A stretch of 64,000 nucleotides of DNA, from positions 13,052-77,051 of the forward strand of contig JBDNHM010000027.1 of assembly GCA_041688825.1 (NCBI GenBank), given 5' to 3'. Source of the DNA: Burkholderiaceae bacterium. GTDB taxonomy: Bacteria; Pseudomonadota; Gammaproteobacteria; Burkholderiales; Burkholderiaceae_B. The number at the start of each line of letters is the position of its first letter. The first letter of the stretch is position 1. The position numbers were made by a program, and so were the translations under genes. Of this stretch, positions 10,493 to 22,000 are shown piece after piece. The notes under the pieces are model-generated. The model was not told where the DNA came from and did no database searches. It was given only the letters and a program-made list of their open reading frames with translations.

Positions 10493-11923
10493 ATGTCAAG
10501 TACATCAAATCAACCTTACCCAACGCACAGAAGCGAACACGATTTATTAGGTTATCGCGATGTACCGTTTGATGCTTACTATGGCGTTCATACTTTACGC
10601 GCCATTGAAAATTTTTCGATCAGTGATTTACCCATTTCAGCTTCGCCTGACTTAATCAGAGCACTAGCTGAAATTAAAATTGCTTGCGCAAAGGCTAATG
10701 TAGAGCTGGGCATGCTTGACCAAACGCGCGCCGAAGCCATTATTTCAGCGGCGCAAGAGATTTTGAATGGCGCCCTGCACGACCAATTTAAAGTTGACAT
10801 GATTCAAGGCGGTGCAGGCACGTCGACCAACATGAATGCTAATGAAGTGATTGCCAATCGCGCTTTAGAAATTATGGGTCACATGCGGGGGCAATATCAA
10901 TTTTTGCACCCAAATGAACATGTCAACATGAGTCAATCGACTAACGACGTTTACCCCACCTCGCTCAAAATTGCCACATACCGGGGTTGCGAACGCTTAT
11001 TGATCAATATGAACTCTTTACAAGTTGCATTTGAGCGTAAAGCAGTCGAGTTTAAAGACATACTAAAAGTGGGTCGCACGCAATTACAAGACGCCGTACC
11101 CATGACCCTTGGGCAAGAGTTTCACACGTATTCAGTGATGGTGGGCGAAGACATTTTGCGGTTACAAGAAGCCTTACCTTTAATATGCGAAATTAATATG
11201 GGCGCCACGGCTATTGGTACCGGAATCAATACCCACCCAGATTACGCGCGGGCTTCATGCGAACATTTGGTTACTGTCACGGGTCTGCCTTTGGTGACAG
11301 CAGCCAATTTAATTGAAGCCACACAAGACGTCGGTTCATTTGTGCAATTATCAGGTGTGCTCAAACGAATTGCCGTGAAGATCTCTAAAATTTGCCACGA
11401 CTTACGCTTATTATCAAGCGGCCCGCGCGCAGGTTTTAATGAAATTAACTTACCTGCCAAACAAGCCGGTTCAAGCATCATGCCAGGCAAGGTTAACCCC
11501 GTTATTCCAGAAGTGGTGAACCAAGTTGCATATGAAGTGATTGGTAACGACATCACCATCACCTTTGCTGCTGAAGCGGGTCAACTGCAACTCAACGCCT
11601 TTGAGCCCATTATTGCTTATTCAATGTTTAGAAGCGTGTCACACTTAACCAATGCTCTACATACGCTAGAGGTTAACTGCGTCAACGGAATCACTGCGAA
11701 CCTGTCTGTTCTTCAAGAACATATGGACCGTTCAATCGTTCTGGTCACCGCTCTAAACCCTTACATTGGTTATCAAAACGCAACCGATGTGGCTAAAGAA
11801 GCGCTCGAAACAGGTAAACGCGTTTACGATATCGTGCTTGAACGCGGCTTACTTGAACAGGCTAAACTTGACGAAATTTTGAAACCTGAATCGTTAACTT
11901 CACCGCGTTTGCTCGTTCTTTAG
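10493..11923 (+). CDS. aspA: Aspartate ammonia-lyase
   Basis: Fumarase/aspartase family signature GSSIMPGKVNP. The N-terminal region and length (476 aa) fit AspA. Confidence 0.85.
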   Translation: MSSTSNQPYPTHRSEHDLLGYRDVPFDAYYGVHTLRAIENFSISDLPISASPDLIRALAEIKIACAKANVELGMLDQTRAEAIISAAQEILNGALHDQFKVDMIQGGAGTSTNMNANEVIANRALEIMGHMRGQYQFLHPNEHVNMSQSTNDVYPTSLKIATYRGCERLLINMNSLQVAFERKAVEFKDILKVGRTQLQDAVPMTLGQEFHTYSVMVGEDILRLQEALPLICEINMGATAIGTGINTHPDYARASCEHLVTVTGLPLVTAANLIEATQDVGSFVQLSGVLKRIAVKISKICHDLRLLSSGPRAGFNEINLPAKQAGSSIMPGKVNPVIPEVVNQVAYEVIGNDITITFAAEAGQLQLNAFEPIIAYSMFRSVSHLTNALHTLEVNCVNGITANLSVLQEHMDRSIVLVTALNPYIGYQNATDVAKEALETGKRVYDIVLERGLLEQAKLDEILKPESLTSPRLLVL

Positions 11924-12001
11924 TGCTTTAGTTTGTTAATGCTTCATTTCAGCATTCCATGTTAGCCATTCAACTTAGCACTTAATAAAAACATTTTCAT
12001 T

Positions 12002-13558
12002 TTGCGATCTATTGAATTTTTATTTCCCAACGATTCAAACCTAAAGCCCCGCATCTCAGTGCGCGGGCTTTTGTTGCTTGGGGCGCTGATTCATTTTGGC
12101 TTTTCAGCATTACTCACTCTGTCAGTTGACGAAGCGCATTACGCTTTATATGGCCAACATTTAGCACTCAGCTATTTTGATCACCCGCCGCTTGTTGGGT
12201 GGGTGCAATGGCCTTTGGTTTATTTAAACGCCCCCGATTGGGTTTTGCGACTCATACCCCAAGCGTGTTGGTGGCTTGCCAGCGTGATGGCTTGGCATTT
12301 GGCTGAAACACTCAGACTTGTTGTGCCGAGCTGGTTAAGTGTCATACCCCAGGGTGCTGCGGGTCGCTGGGCAGTCATTGCCATATTAGTTGCCCCGGTC
12401 ATGCACGTACTTGGCGTAGGCTTGTTGCCTGACACCCTACTTCTTGTCATCGTGCTTGGCATAATGCAGACAACGTTGCACCTCATCACAGCAAACCCGT
12501 CTGTCTTCACACCACCCACTTCATCCTCAATATGCCATTCGCCCCTAAAGTATTGGTTGTATTTAGGTATTTGGTTAGGTTTGGCAGGGTTAAGTAAATA
12601 TACGGCTGTTCTTTTTGCCGTCGCGGTAGCCGGTGCTTTGGTGATTAATTTAGGTTGGAAGGTACTGCGACAACGTGGCCCGTGGCTAACTGTGCTGATC
12701 GCGGGCATCATGATTGCACCTGTCATCATATGGAATGCACGACACGACTGGGTTTCGTTTGCTTATCAAATTAAACACAGCAGTGGCGGGCTTTGGCAGT
12801 TAAAAGGTGTTGCAGTGTTTGTTGGCTTACAAATCGCAGCTTTTGGCCCTCTGATTGCGGCTATCATCGTTGGCCTGGTTAAATTTTTACGTCAACAACC
12901 TAACCGCGTTATTTGGGGGTTGTTGCTCTTTTTAATTGTGCCCTTTATTGTTACAGCTTATATGGCAGGCGGGGGTCGCACCCTTGCGCATTGGTTGGCA
13001 CCCGCTTGGTTAGCAGCAATTGTGCTGGGTGCTAACCCGCTGGCCCTGCACTGGCAACAAGGAAAACGCAAAGCACTCGCCATCATGGTGAGCTTACAAG
13101 CCACTTTATGTGGTTTAGCTTTTGTGATGCTGTTTTTTGTAGGTGTACCCGGCCTCAGTGCGCAGCACCCCCTAAATCAAAAAAACCCCTTAGCCGACCT
13201 GTGGGGTTGGGACCAAGCCGGTCAACTGGCTCAAAACCTTGCCCAGCAACAGTCGCTAAAAATACTAACGGTTAGCAACTGGACACTCGCTAGCCGTTTA
13301 GCGTGGTACGCCCGACCCTTACCCGTTCAAGTGCTAGACGACCGTTTTGACCAATTTGATATCTGGTTTGGAAACCCTCAAAAAGGGCAAAGTACCTTGT
13401 ATGTTAATTGGTCACAAGTGCCTTACGAACCGCCCGTATCAGCCCAACAATATGCCCGATGCACCGAGCTTGATCAGTTAGCCGTTGTGCGTTTAGGTCG
13501 CATCACATCGCAATTTACGTATTACCGTTGCGAAGACTGGCAAGGCGAAACCAAATGA
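12002..13558 (+). CDS. ArnT-like glycosyltransferase family 39/83 (polyprenyl-phosphate-sugar dependent)
   Basis: Polytopic membrane protein with DEAHY motif in the first periplasmic loop and a soluble C-terminal domain. The start (TTG at 12002) is uncertain. Confidence 0.75.
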   Translation: MRSIEFLFPNDSNLKPRISVRGLLLLGALIHFGFSALLTLSVDEAHYALYGQHLALSYFDHPPLVGWVQWPLVYLNAPDWVLRLIPQACWWLASVMAWHLAETLRLVVPSWLSVIPQGAAGRWAVIAILVAPVMHVLGVGLLPDTLLLVIVLGIMQTTLHLITANPSVFTPPTSSSICHSPLKYWLYLGIWLGLAGLSKYTAVLFAVAVAGALVINLGWKVLRQRGPWLTVLIAGIMIAPVIIWNARHDWVSFAYQIKHSSGGLWQLKGVAVFVGLQIAAFGPLIAAIIVGLVKFLRQQPNRVIWGLLLFLIVPFIVTAYMAGGGRTLAHWLAPAWLAAIVLGANPLALHWQQGKRKALAIMVSLQATLCGLAFVMLFFVGVPGLSAQHPLNQKNPLADLWGWDQAGQLAQNLAQQQSLKILTVSNWTLASRLAWYARPLPVQVLDDRFDQFDIWFGNPQKGQSTLYVNWSQVPYEPPVSAQQYARCTELDQLAVVRLGRITSQFTYYRCEDWQGETK

Positions 13559-14505
13559 TGCGCCTTTCACCAAAAGTTTGGTTTGTGATTCGACTGGTCT
13601 TTTCGTTCGCATTGCTATGGCTTGCTTTTAGACATATTGACTGGTCAGTTCTATGGGCTTCAAGCCAAAATTTACAGTTGGGCTGGCTTGTACTGGCGTT
13701 GCTTTTAATCTCAATGGCGAACCTACTGGCCGCAGGGCGTTGGGGTTTTATTATGCAACGTACCGGTCTGTCGAACCCTTGGCAACGATACATCACGCTG
13801 TATTTTGCAGGTGGCTTAATTAACCAAGGTTTGCCCTCGACCCTAGGGGGTGATAGCTACCGCGCCTTGCAAGGAAGTCGACAACAAACAATCGGTGCAA
13901 GCCCTGCCATTCGATATGGTGTTTTTGCTGTTTTTCTTGATCGCGGTATGGGTTTATTGGGTAACACCCTGCTAGGTGCCATCGGCCTGGTCATGGCGGG
14001 CGCAACCGTATCGACTTGGGCTAGCCCTATCGGTTTACTGGTGTTTTTAGGTCTTGTCGGCGGCGTTTTGATTGTCGGGTTTTTATTTAAGGTACCCGGC
14101 TTTTTAAACCTTGTACAAAAGTTGCTAAATGCTACCCGCTTACCCCTAGGCATGAATGGCCTTAAAAGCGTACTCGACTGGCCTATCAATGTGGCGCAAG
14201 TTTCAGCATCAATAACAGTGCATCTGCTAACCCTCGCTACATTTGGAGCGTGCCTTCGAGCCTACGGTGTAACCGTACCGTTTGAAGCACTACTGATTGG
14301 CATACCTGCACTGGGTTTACTCATGATGTTACCCATTAGCATTTCAGGTTGGGGCTTACGTGAAACCACCCTGTCAGCGTTTCTGAGCTTATGGGGTATA
14401 CCAGTCAGTACAACCTTATTAGCATCGATTACCTACGGTCTGATTATTTTATTGGTCTACTTGCCCGCCACTTCAGTTTTAGTGAAAAAAAGGCCGAAAC
14501 GCTAA
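13555..14505 (+). CDS. Flippase-like / lysyl-PG-synthase-TM family membrane protein
   Basis: Protein with about 8 TM helices and an LGGDSYRAL motif typical of this family. I chose the ATG at 13555 because it forms an ATGA overlap with the GT39 stop. Confidence 0.6.
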   Translation: MMRLSPKVWFVIRLVFSFALLWLAFRHIDWSVLWASSQNLQLGWLVLALLLISMANLLAAGRWGFIMQRTGLSNPWQRYITLYFAGGLINQGLPSTLGGDSYRALQGSRQQTIGASPAIRYGVFAVFLDRGMGLLGNTLLGAIGLVMAGATVSTWASPIGLLVFLGLVGGVLIVGFLFKVPGFLNLVQKLLNATRLPLGMNGLKSVLDWPINVAQVSASITVHLLTLATFGACLRAYGVTVPFEALLIGIPALGLLMMLPISISGWGLRETTLSAFLSLWGIPVSTTLLASITYGLIILLVYLPATSVLVKKRPKR

Positions 14506-14536
14506 GTATTGTATTTGGCGTCTAAAATACAAAACT

Positions 14537-15847
14537 ATGAGCTTAAATGTTGACACGATGCGCACCATTGATCGCCTTGCGGGCATACCGCTATGTGCGA
14601 TAGCGACCCCCATTGTTGCTTCACTCGACTGGTGGCGCGAGCGACGTCAGCAAAAGCAAATAGGGCCACCTAATGGTTTGGTTGCTGAAGCTGCCAACCC
14701 TAACAATCAAAACTTTAAACCCAAAAAATTACTGTTTATTGAATTATCTGAAATGGGCAGCGCTATTTTGGTTGACCCGGCCATGCGTGATGCACAGGCT
14801 CGCGGCGCCACATTATATTTTTTAATTTTTAAAAGTAATCAACCTAGCTTAACGCTGCTCAACACCGTAGTGCCTGAACATATCTTTACGATTGATTCAT
14901 CTGGCTTGTGGCCTTTGATGCGCGACACCTTACGTTTTTTGTGGTGGGCGCGCAAAAACCAAATCGACACCGTTATAGACCTTGAGCTTTTTTCTCGATA
15001 CACCGCTCTTCTCACGGGCTTATGTGGCGCCACTCGGCGAGTGGGTTACCATATTTTTCATGGCGAAGGCCTTTGGCGTGGCAATATGCTGACGCATAAA
15101 GTGCACTACAACCCCCACATTCATATTGCTCATAATTTTTTATCTTTGGTGCACGCGGCGTTTTCAACCGAACAAGAAGTACCCTTTAGCAAAATAGCCC
15201 TATCTGACCAACCCGTTCAGTTGGCACAAGCCATCATTGAAGAACCACAACGTTTAAAAGTTTTAATGCAAATTGAAAACGCTGCGAGTCAAGCTGGCAT
15301 TGCATTTACTTTAGGTCAACAACCCCTCATTTTAGTAAATGCCAACGCGAGCGATCTGCTGGTGCAAAGGCGTTGGGCCCCCGAACGATTTGCAACCCTA
15401 ACCCAAGAGATTGCACGCACTTGGCCTGAAGCACTCATTTTATTGACGGGTTCACCCGCAGAGTTTGCGTATGTGGAAAACGTACGGGCTCAGGCCAACG
15501 TGAAACAAGCCTTCAATTGGGCTGGCAAAGTAACGTTTAAAGAATTGCCTGCTTTATACACTTTAGCTGATGTCATGGTAACCAATGACTCAGGGCCCGG
15601 TCACTTTTCTGCTGTCACGCCGCTTCATACCGTTGTATTGTTTGGCCCTGAAACCCCTGAGCTTTACGGTTCACTGGGTAACTCAATTGCTATTACCGCC
15701 CGCTTAGCTTGTTCACCCTGTGTGAGCGCCGCCAATCATCGCAAAACACCCTGTTCAAACAATGTTTGCATGCAAGCAATCAGTGTTGATCGTGTATTAC
15801 AAGGTATCAAGCATCAATTTACGGCATCACGCTTACAAAAAACATGA
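14537..15847 (+). CDS. Glycosyltransferase family 9 (heptosyltransferase-like), with N-terminal extension
   Basis: GT-B C-terminal block ...VTNDSGPGHFSA...FGPE... is typical of GT9. At 436 aa it is longer than canonical WaaC/WaaF. Confidence 0.7.
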   Translation: MSLNVDTMRTIDRLAGIPLCAIATPIVASLDWWRERRQQKQIGPPNGLVAEAANPNNQNFKPKKLLFIELSEMGSAILVDPAMRDAQARGATLYFLIFKSNQPSLTLLNTVVPEHIFTIDSSGLWPLMRDTLRFLWWARKNQIDTVIDLELFSRYTALLTGLCGATRRVGYHIFHGEGLWRGNMLTHKVHYNPHIHIAHNFLSLVHAAFSTEQEVPFSKIALSDQPVQLAQAIIEEPQRLKVLMQIENAASQAGIAFTLGQQPLILVNANASDLLVQRRWAPERFATLTQEIARTWPEALILLTGSPAEFAYVENVRAQANVKQAFNWAGKVTFKELPALYTLADVMVTNDSGPGHFSAVTPLHTVVLFGPETPELYGSLGNSIAITARLACSPCVSAANHRKTPCSNNVCMQAISVDRVLQGIKHQFTASRLQKT

Positions 15848-16662
15848 TTTTAAAAAATTTAAAAGTATCTACCCCTTCAAACACATTGTCGATTCCAAAA
15901 TTTGCATGGTGGCTTCCTGTTATTCCCCTAGCCCTATGGGGCTTAATCAGTTTGTTTGTTACCAAGCAGCAAAGCTTTTATTTTTTAAATGCTTGGTCGC
16001 AAGAGTGGCCAAACAGCTTATGGGGCTTTTTTGTGAATTTGGGCAATGGTTGGGGTATCTACGGCCTGGCATTCCCCTTACTGATTTTTGCACCACGCGT
16101 CATGATGGCCGGTATTTTGGCAGGTATTCCGGCAGGTATATTGTCGCGCTCACTCAAATTGTTTTTTGAAATGCCGCGCCCGCCCGCAGTGCTAGACAAC
16201 AGTAGTTTTTTTATTCTTGAAGAAGCCATGCATGCCCATTCGTTTCCTTCAGGGCATGCCTTAACCGCTTTTGCGGTGGCAACTGCCATGTATTTTGCAA
16301 TACCCCTGGCGCACCGTAAGCCTTTTTTTTGGTTATTCAGCCTCGCTGCACTGGCGGGCATGGCGCGCATCGCCATTGGCGTTCACTGGCTTGACGACGT
16401 CTTGATGGGCGCTTCACTAGGCATATTCAGTGGGCTAGTAGGTGTTTTAATGTGTCGCTACTTACCCGACAGTTTGTTCATACCCACTGCTTGGTTGATG
16501 CGTCTAATAGCTATTATTGGGGTTTTTAATATTTATCTGTTGGCAACAAGCAAACTTGATTTAGTGATCAATGCCCCGCTTCAAATACTGGGCATCGTAT
16601 TGACGTTTGTCACGCTTGTGCACTTTATACATAAAAATATGGTGATGATGCGTTCAACCTAG
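15844..16662 (+). CDS. PAP2 family lipid phosphatase (LpxE/LpxF-like)
   Basis: All three PAP2 motifs are visible: KLFFEMPRP (KX6RP), PSGH and ARIAIGVHWLDD (RX5HX3D). ATGA overlap with the GT9 gene. Confidence 0.75.
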   Translation: MILKNLKVSTPSNTLSIPKFAWWLPVIPLALWGLISLFVTKQQSFYFLNAWSQEWPNSLWGFFVNLGNGWGIYGLAFPLLIFAPRVMMAGILAGIPAGILSRSLKLFFEMPRPPAVLDNSSFFILEEAMHAHSFPSGHALTAFAVATAMYFAIPLAHRKPFFWLFSLAALAGMARIAIGVHWLDDVLMGASLGIFSGLVGVLMCRYLPDSLFIPTAWLMRLIAIIGVFNIYLLATSKLDLVINAPLQILGIVLTFVTLVHFIHKNMVMMRST

Positions 16663-16723
16663 TTGCCGCCCAATGCGCCCTACATTGCCTGCGACGTATC
16701 GGGCAAAACACAAAAAAGAACGT

Positions 16724-17803
16724 TTATAGTTCATCCAATAGCGTTTGTGCCATATGTAAACCTGAGGCATAAGCTGATTCTACTCGGCTATGAATCAAGC
16801 CATCACCACACACCCCTAAGTGCAAGTTAGCCGCCCACAGGCTAGATTGCGTTGACAGGGGCTCGAGTTGACGACGCGAATACAGCCATCTATGCGCCAT
16901 CGCCTGCTGAACCAAGGGTGCTGTTTGAACCCCAATATGCCGCCAAAAAGCATCAGATATCAGGCGAATCACATCAGCTGGGTCTGTATTGAGGTGTGTC
17001 TGCGTCCAGTCAGCCGTTGCTTGAATCACCCAGTCAGCTTGACCGGCGTGCTGCACACGCCCCGGTTTGCTGTCATTCCGAGCCCACCAAACCAAAGTCG
17101 GGTGATCAACAACCCGCTCGGCTTCAAATAGCAAAGCCGTTGTAACGGGGTCAGTTGTGCTGAGCATCACTGTCCAGCAAGGCAACATGTCAATTGAACT
17201 CAACAAGCCAACCATACTTGATGCTACCGGTTGAATCAAAGGCAACGCCTGCGCGGGTGGCACGGCAATTATTAAATCAGTGAAATCAGCAAAAACCTCG
17301 CCTTTATCGCTTGTTAATTGCCAGCTTATTAAGTTTGTAACCCCGTCATGTCGTGCTTGAAGCGATTGCTGTGATGCACTTGTAACGCCCTCACCTTTTT
17401 CAGGCTGATCACGATATGGAACAGGTTCAATGCGCTCAATGCGCGTATTAACATGTAAGTCAATATTTTTGACGAGGTCTTTAACAATAGAGGGCATATC
17501 GGGCGTGCCCACAAACCATTGCTGCGAATCGGGTTTAACCACGCGGGGTTGCCACTGCGCCACCACACCGCGTTGCTGCCAATCGCTTACTTGCGTAATA
17601 AAAGCAGCTGATTGTGCGGTGAAATACTGGGCGCCATGATCATAATGCGCTGTGTCGGTTCGCCGAGTTGACACCCGACCGCTTGCCCCTCGGGCTTTAT
17701 CAAAAAGTGTTACCGTGCACCCTGCCTGTGCCAAGTGGTGGGCACAGGCAGCCCCTGCCATACCTGCCCCAACAACTGCAATGCGGTTATTTCGGTGTGC
17801 CAT
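16724..17803 (-). CDS. NAD(P)/FAD-dependent oxidoreductase (amine-oxidase/renalase-like)
   Basis: N-terminal Rossmann motif IAVVGAGMAGAACA...LFDKARGASGR. Confidence 0.65.
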   Translation of the reverse strand: MAHRNNRIAVVGAGMAGAACAHHLAQAGCTVTLFDKARGASGRVSTRRTDTAHYDHGAQYFTAQSAAFITQVSDWQQRGVVAQWQPRVVKPDSQQWFVGTPDMPSIVKDLVKNIDLHVNTRIERIEPVPYRDQPEKGEGVTSASQQSLQARHDGVTNLISWQLTSDKGEVFADFTDLIIAVPPAQALPLIQPVASSMVGLLSSIDMLPCWTVMLSTTDPVTTALLFEAERVVDHPTLVWWARNDSKPGRVQHAGQADWVIQATADWTQTHLNTDPADVIRLISDAFWRHIGVQTAPLVQQAMAHRWLYSRRQLEPLSTQSSLWAANLHLGVCGDGLIHSRVESAYASGLHMAQTLLDEL

Positions 17804-17917
17804 TTAGCCTCTTATTTACGTCAACAATTTGTAGGCTTAATCATACTTTGCTGGCGATCTAAAACTTAACTTTCATTATTTGTTTTACTATAATTTATTG
17901 CTTTGCTCAGGCTTATT

Positions 17918-19054
17918 ATGCTTTTTAAAATGAAACTCTTTCTACTGACATCAGCACTGTTGATTTCAGCCTGTGGAAATAAAAATGACGACACCCCAAC
18001 ACCTGCTTATGCGGTACGAACCGCTGCTGCGGTGTCATCGGCGCAACCGTTGCTCGCATTGTCAGGCACCATACGGGCTGAAGTTGAAACGCCCATTGCC
18101 TTTCAAATTAATGGGCGCATTGCGCAACGACTGATTCAAGCGGGTCAAACGGTCAAAAAAGGGCAGCTTTTATTCGAACTTGACCCCCGCGACTTAAACC
18201 AAATATTGCAGGCTTCAGCTGCTGAAGTTGGCGCGGCGGGCTCTGCTTTGAACACCGCAAAATCTGATACACAACGCAATCGGCAACTTTTGAAAGAACG
18301 GTTTATTAGTCAGCAGGGGTTTGATCGTGTGTTGCTACAAGAAAAAGAAGCGCAAACACGCTTTGATGCAGCTTCTTCGCGACAAAAGCAAGCACTTAAT
18401 GCAACCGAGTACGCCAATTTAATAGCCGCCAATGATGGCATCATTACTGAGCTTACGGGTGAAGCGGGTCAGGTTGTTTCGGCCGGTCAACCGATTGGCA
18501 CAATTGCACATGCAGGCACACTTGAGGTGGAAGTGTTCTTACCTGAAGGCTTTAAAGCCCCAACAACAGGTCAAGCCCAGTTTGGCAACCAAACCGCACC
18601 GGTGGCCTTGCGAGAAGCTGCCGGCAGTGCTGACCCCATTAGTCGCACAGTTAGGGCCAGGTATCAATTGGTTAATTTGCCACAACCTTGGCCATTAGGT
18701 AGTGTGGCCAAAGTCAGCCTACAAAGCGCAACCTCTGGCGCTCAGTCTAGCTTGTCAATCAACACGACAAACGAAGCCTTCGCTAATGCCCCTACGTCAA
18801 CCGGCACATCTGAACTGCAGCAGCCCCTAAAAACGTTAACAACATTGCCGATTGGTGCGCTTGATGAAAGGGGGCAAGGCCCACAAGTTTGGTTAATTGT
18901 TGAGGGCAAAGCAAAACCCTTAGCCGTCAAACTGATCTCACTGTCGGCTGAAACAGCTGTCATCGAATCAACCCTACCGGTGGGTACTAAAGTAATTGCG
19001 TTGGGTACCCATTTACTAGAACCCGGCATGCCTGTGCGCGAGATTGCGCCGTGA
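17918..19054 (+). CDS. RND efflux periplasmic adaptor (membrane fusion protein), lipoprotein
   Basis: Lipobox LLISAC after MLFKMKLFLL. HlyD-like coiled-coil and barrel regions. GTGA overlap with the RND permease. The start is ambiguous among 17903, 17918 and 17930. Confidence 0.8.
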   Translation: MLFKMKLFLLTSALLISACGNKNDDTPTPAYAVRTAAAVSSAQPLLALSGTIRAEVETPIAFQINGRIAQRLIQAGQTVKKGQLLFELDPRDLNQILQASAAEVGAAGSALNTAKSDTQRNRQLLKERFISQQGFDRVLLQEKEAQTRFDAASSRQKQALNATEYANLIAANDGIITELTGEAGQVVSAGQPIGTIAHAGTLEVEVFLPEGFKAPTTGQAQFGNQTAPVALREAAGSADPISRTVRARYQLVNLPQPWPLGSVAKVSLQSATSGAQSSLSINTTNEAFANAPTSTGTSELQQPLKTLTTLPIGALDERGQGPQVWLIVEGKAKPLAVKLISLSAETAVIESTLPVGTKVIALGTHLLEPGMPVREIAP

Positions 19055-22000
19055 GTTTTCCGAACTTATCGGCGTTGGCCGTTCGAGAAAGATCGGTCAC
19101 ACTATTTTTTCTAATTTTATCGATTATTGCGGGGGTATATGCTTTTAACTCGCTTGGTCGTGCTGAAGACCCCCCTTTTACCGTGCGTGTCATGGTGGTG
19201 TCGGTGCTGTGGCCAGGCGCCACACCTCAGCAAATGCAAGACCAAGTAGTTAATCGTCTAGAAAAACGCATACAAGAAGTCGAATATTTTTACCGTATAG
19301 AAACCACAATTCGGCCAGGCCGAGCAGACATGTTGGTTGAGTTTCAAGATTACTCACCCGCCACTAAAGTACCTGAACTGATTTATCAAGTGCGCAAACG
19401 CATGCAAGATGAAGCCGGCAAGCTGCCAAAAGGGGTGATTGGGCCGATCGTTAACGACGATTTTTCAGACGTCTATTTCACCATGATCGCGTTAACTGCA
19501 CCGGGTTTGCCCATGCGGGAAATCACTCGCGATGCTGAAAAAATTCGTGATCACCTACAACAAATTGAAGGCATTCAAAAAGTCATTCTTGTAGGCGAAA
19601 GGCCAGAACGTGTGCATATTGATTTTGACAATGTCAAACTTGCAAATCTTGGCGTGTCACCCGAAAGTATTTTAGATGCGATTCAAGCCAACAATCAGTT
19701 GGTCCCTGCAGGTCGTATTGAAACAGCTGGGCCGCGTGTTTTTGTGCGTGTTGACGCTGACTTATCTGACCCTACAGCATTGGCTGATGTACCCTTACGC
19801 GTGGGTAATCGTATTATTCGTTTAGGTGATGTTGCCAAAATCGAACAAGGTTACGAAGACCCACCCACCTACCTCATACGGGCCAATAATCAAGACGCCT
19901 TAATTTTAGGTGTGGTGATGCAAAAAGGTGAAAACGGTCTTAAAGTAGGCGATCGCATCAAAGAATTTCTTGAAAAAGAACGTGCTCAGTTACCGTTGGG
20001 TATGTCGCTCACGCAATTAACGAATCAAGCTGAAGCCATTTCAGGTGCAGTCAATCTGTTTCAGATTAAATTCTTAGTTGCTGTCATCGTTGTCATGGGT
20101 GTCACTGTTTTAGCGATTGGTTTGCGCGCAGGTTTAATCGTTGGCATTGCTATACCCGTCACACTGGGGTTGACCTTTTTACTGATGAAAATGGTCGGCA
20201 TGAATCTTGACCGAATCACCCTCGGGGCTTTAATTATTGCCCTTGGTTTACTGGTTGACGATGCCATCATTTCAATCGAAATGATGATTGTCAAAATGGA
20301 ACAAGGGTGGGGCAGAGTGCGCGCTGCTACCCACGCGTGGCACGCCACCGCTGCCCCCATGTTGTTTGGTACGCTAGTCACCGTGGCAGGTTTTGTACCG
20401 ATTGGTTTTGCACGCTCGTCAGTCGGTGAATATGCCGGTGGTATTTTTTGGGTGTTGGCATTCGCTTTACTTATTTCTTGGTTAGTTGCCGTGACCTTTA
20501 CGCCCTACTTGGGCGTCAAAATTTTGCCTGATTACCACACAGATGCTGGCCACCACGCTGACCCCTACGACAAGCCGCTTTACCATTGGTTGCGCAAGGT
20601 AATTGTGCTGAGTGTTGACCACCGTAAGACGGTGGTATTGGGCACAGTGGGTCTGCTTGTATTAAGCGTGTTCGGCATGATTGGGCCTGTAGAAAAGCAG
20701 TTTTTTCCCAGCTCTGACCGGCCCGAAGTGCTCATCAGTGTGTACTTACCGCAAGGCACTGCCATTGCCAATACTGATGCCGTTGCGCAAAAAATTGAAA
20801 AAGCCATTGTTCAATTGCCAGAGGTTAAAACCTTATCAGCATATATTGGGGCTGGTGCCCCACGTTTCTTTATTTCAGCTAACCCTGAACAGCCTGACCC
20901 TGCATTTGCCAAAATCATTGCTGTGACATATGACGTTAAATCGCGAGAAAAACTCATTGCACTTTTAGAAAATCAAATTCAAGCCGGTGATTATGCCGGC
21001 GCCCGGGTTCATGTTTCGCGCCTGTTATTTGGCCCACCCGTGCGTTGGCCGGTAAGCTTTAGAATTTATGGGCCTGATACCAACGAGCTGCGACGCATTG
21101 GTTACGCGGCGCGCACCATCATGGCGCAAAACCCTAACGTGGCCGACATCAATCTTGATTGGGACGAACGCGCACCTGTTCTTCACATTGATACTGACCC
21201 ACAGCGTTTACGTGCAATGGGTTTAACCCCGCGTGACATCTCACAACAATTGCAATTTCAACTTGATGGTGTGGTGGTTACAGAAGTGCGGCAAGATATA
21301 CGCTCAGTTGAAGTTCGCGCCCGCGGCTTACGCGACCCGGCGGGCTTGCAGTCAGCAATCGAATTTAAAACGCAAGATGGTCGCAAAGTACCCTTAGCTC
21401 AAGTGGGTCAAGTTGAAGTCAAATACGAAGAACCGGTCATTAAACGCCTCAATCGAGAGCCCTTTTTGGCGCTACAGTCTGACGTGATCGGTGCCCAACC
21501 ACCTGACGTAACCATGGCCGTTTGGCAAGCACTTGCACCCCTGCGCGCAAGTTTGCCTGAGGGTTACCGCATCTCGATTGCTGGCTCGATCGAACAATCG
21601 GGTAAAGCCGATGCCTCTATTCAAAAGCTTCAACCCCTTATGTTGGGCCTAATGCTTATCTTTGTGATGTTGCAAATGCGCACGTTTTCTGGCACGTTCA
21701 TTGTGTTTGCAACCGCGCCGTTGGGTTTAATTGGTGCGGTATTAGCCATGTTAATTTTTAGACAACCTTTTGGGTTTGTCGCGCTGCTTGGGCTCATTGG
21801 TTTAGCTGGTATTTTGATGCGCAACACGCTTATTTTGACCCAACAGGTCACTGAAAACTTTGCTGAGGGCTTGGTTGCTGAAGAGGCTGTGGTTCAAGCC
21901 GCAGTGCACCGAGCTCGACCCGTGGTGTTAACCGCGCTCGCGGCAGCATTGGCTTTTATTCCACTTACCTTTGATAGCTTCTGGGGCCCTCTAGCGTACG

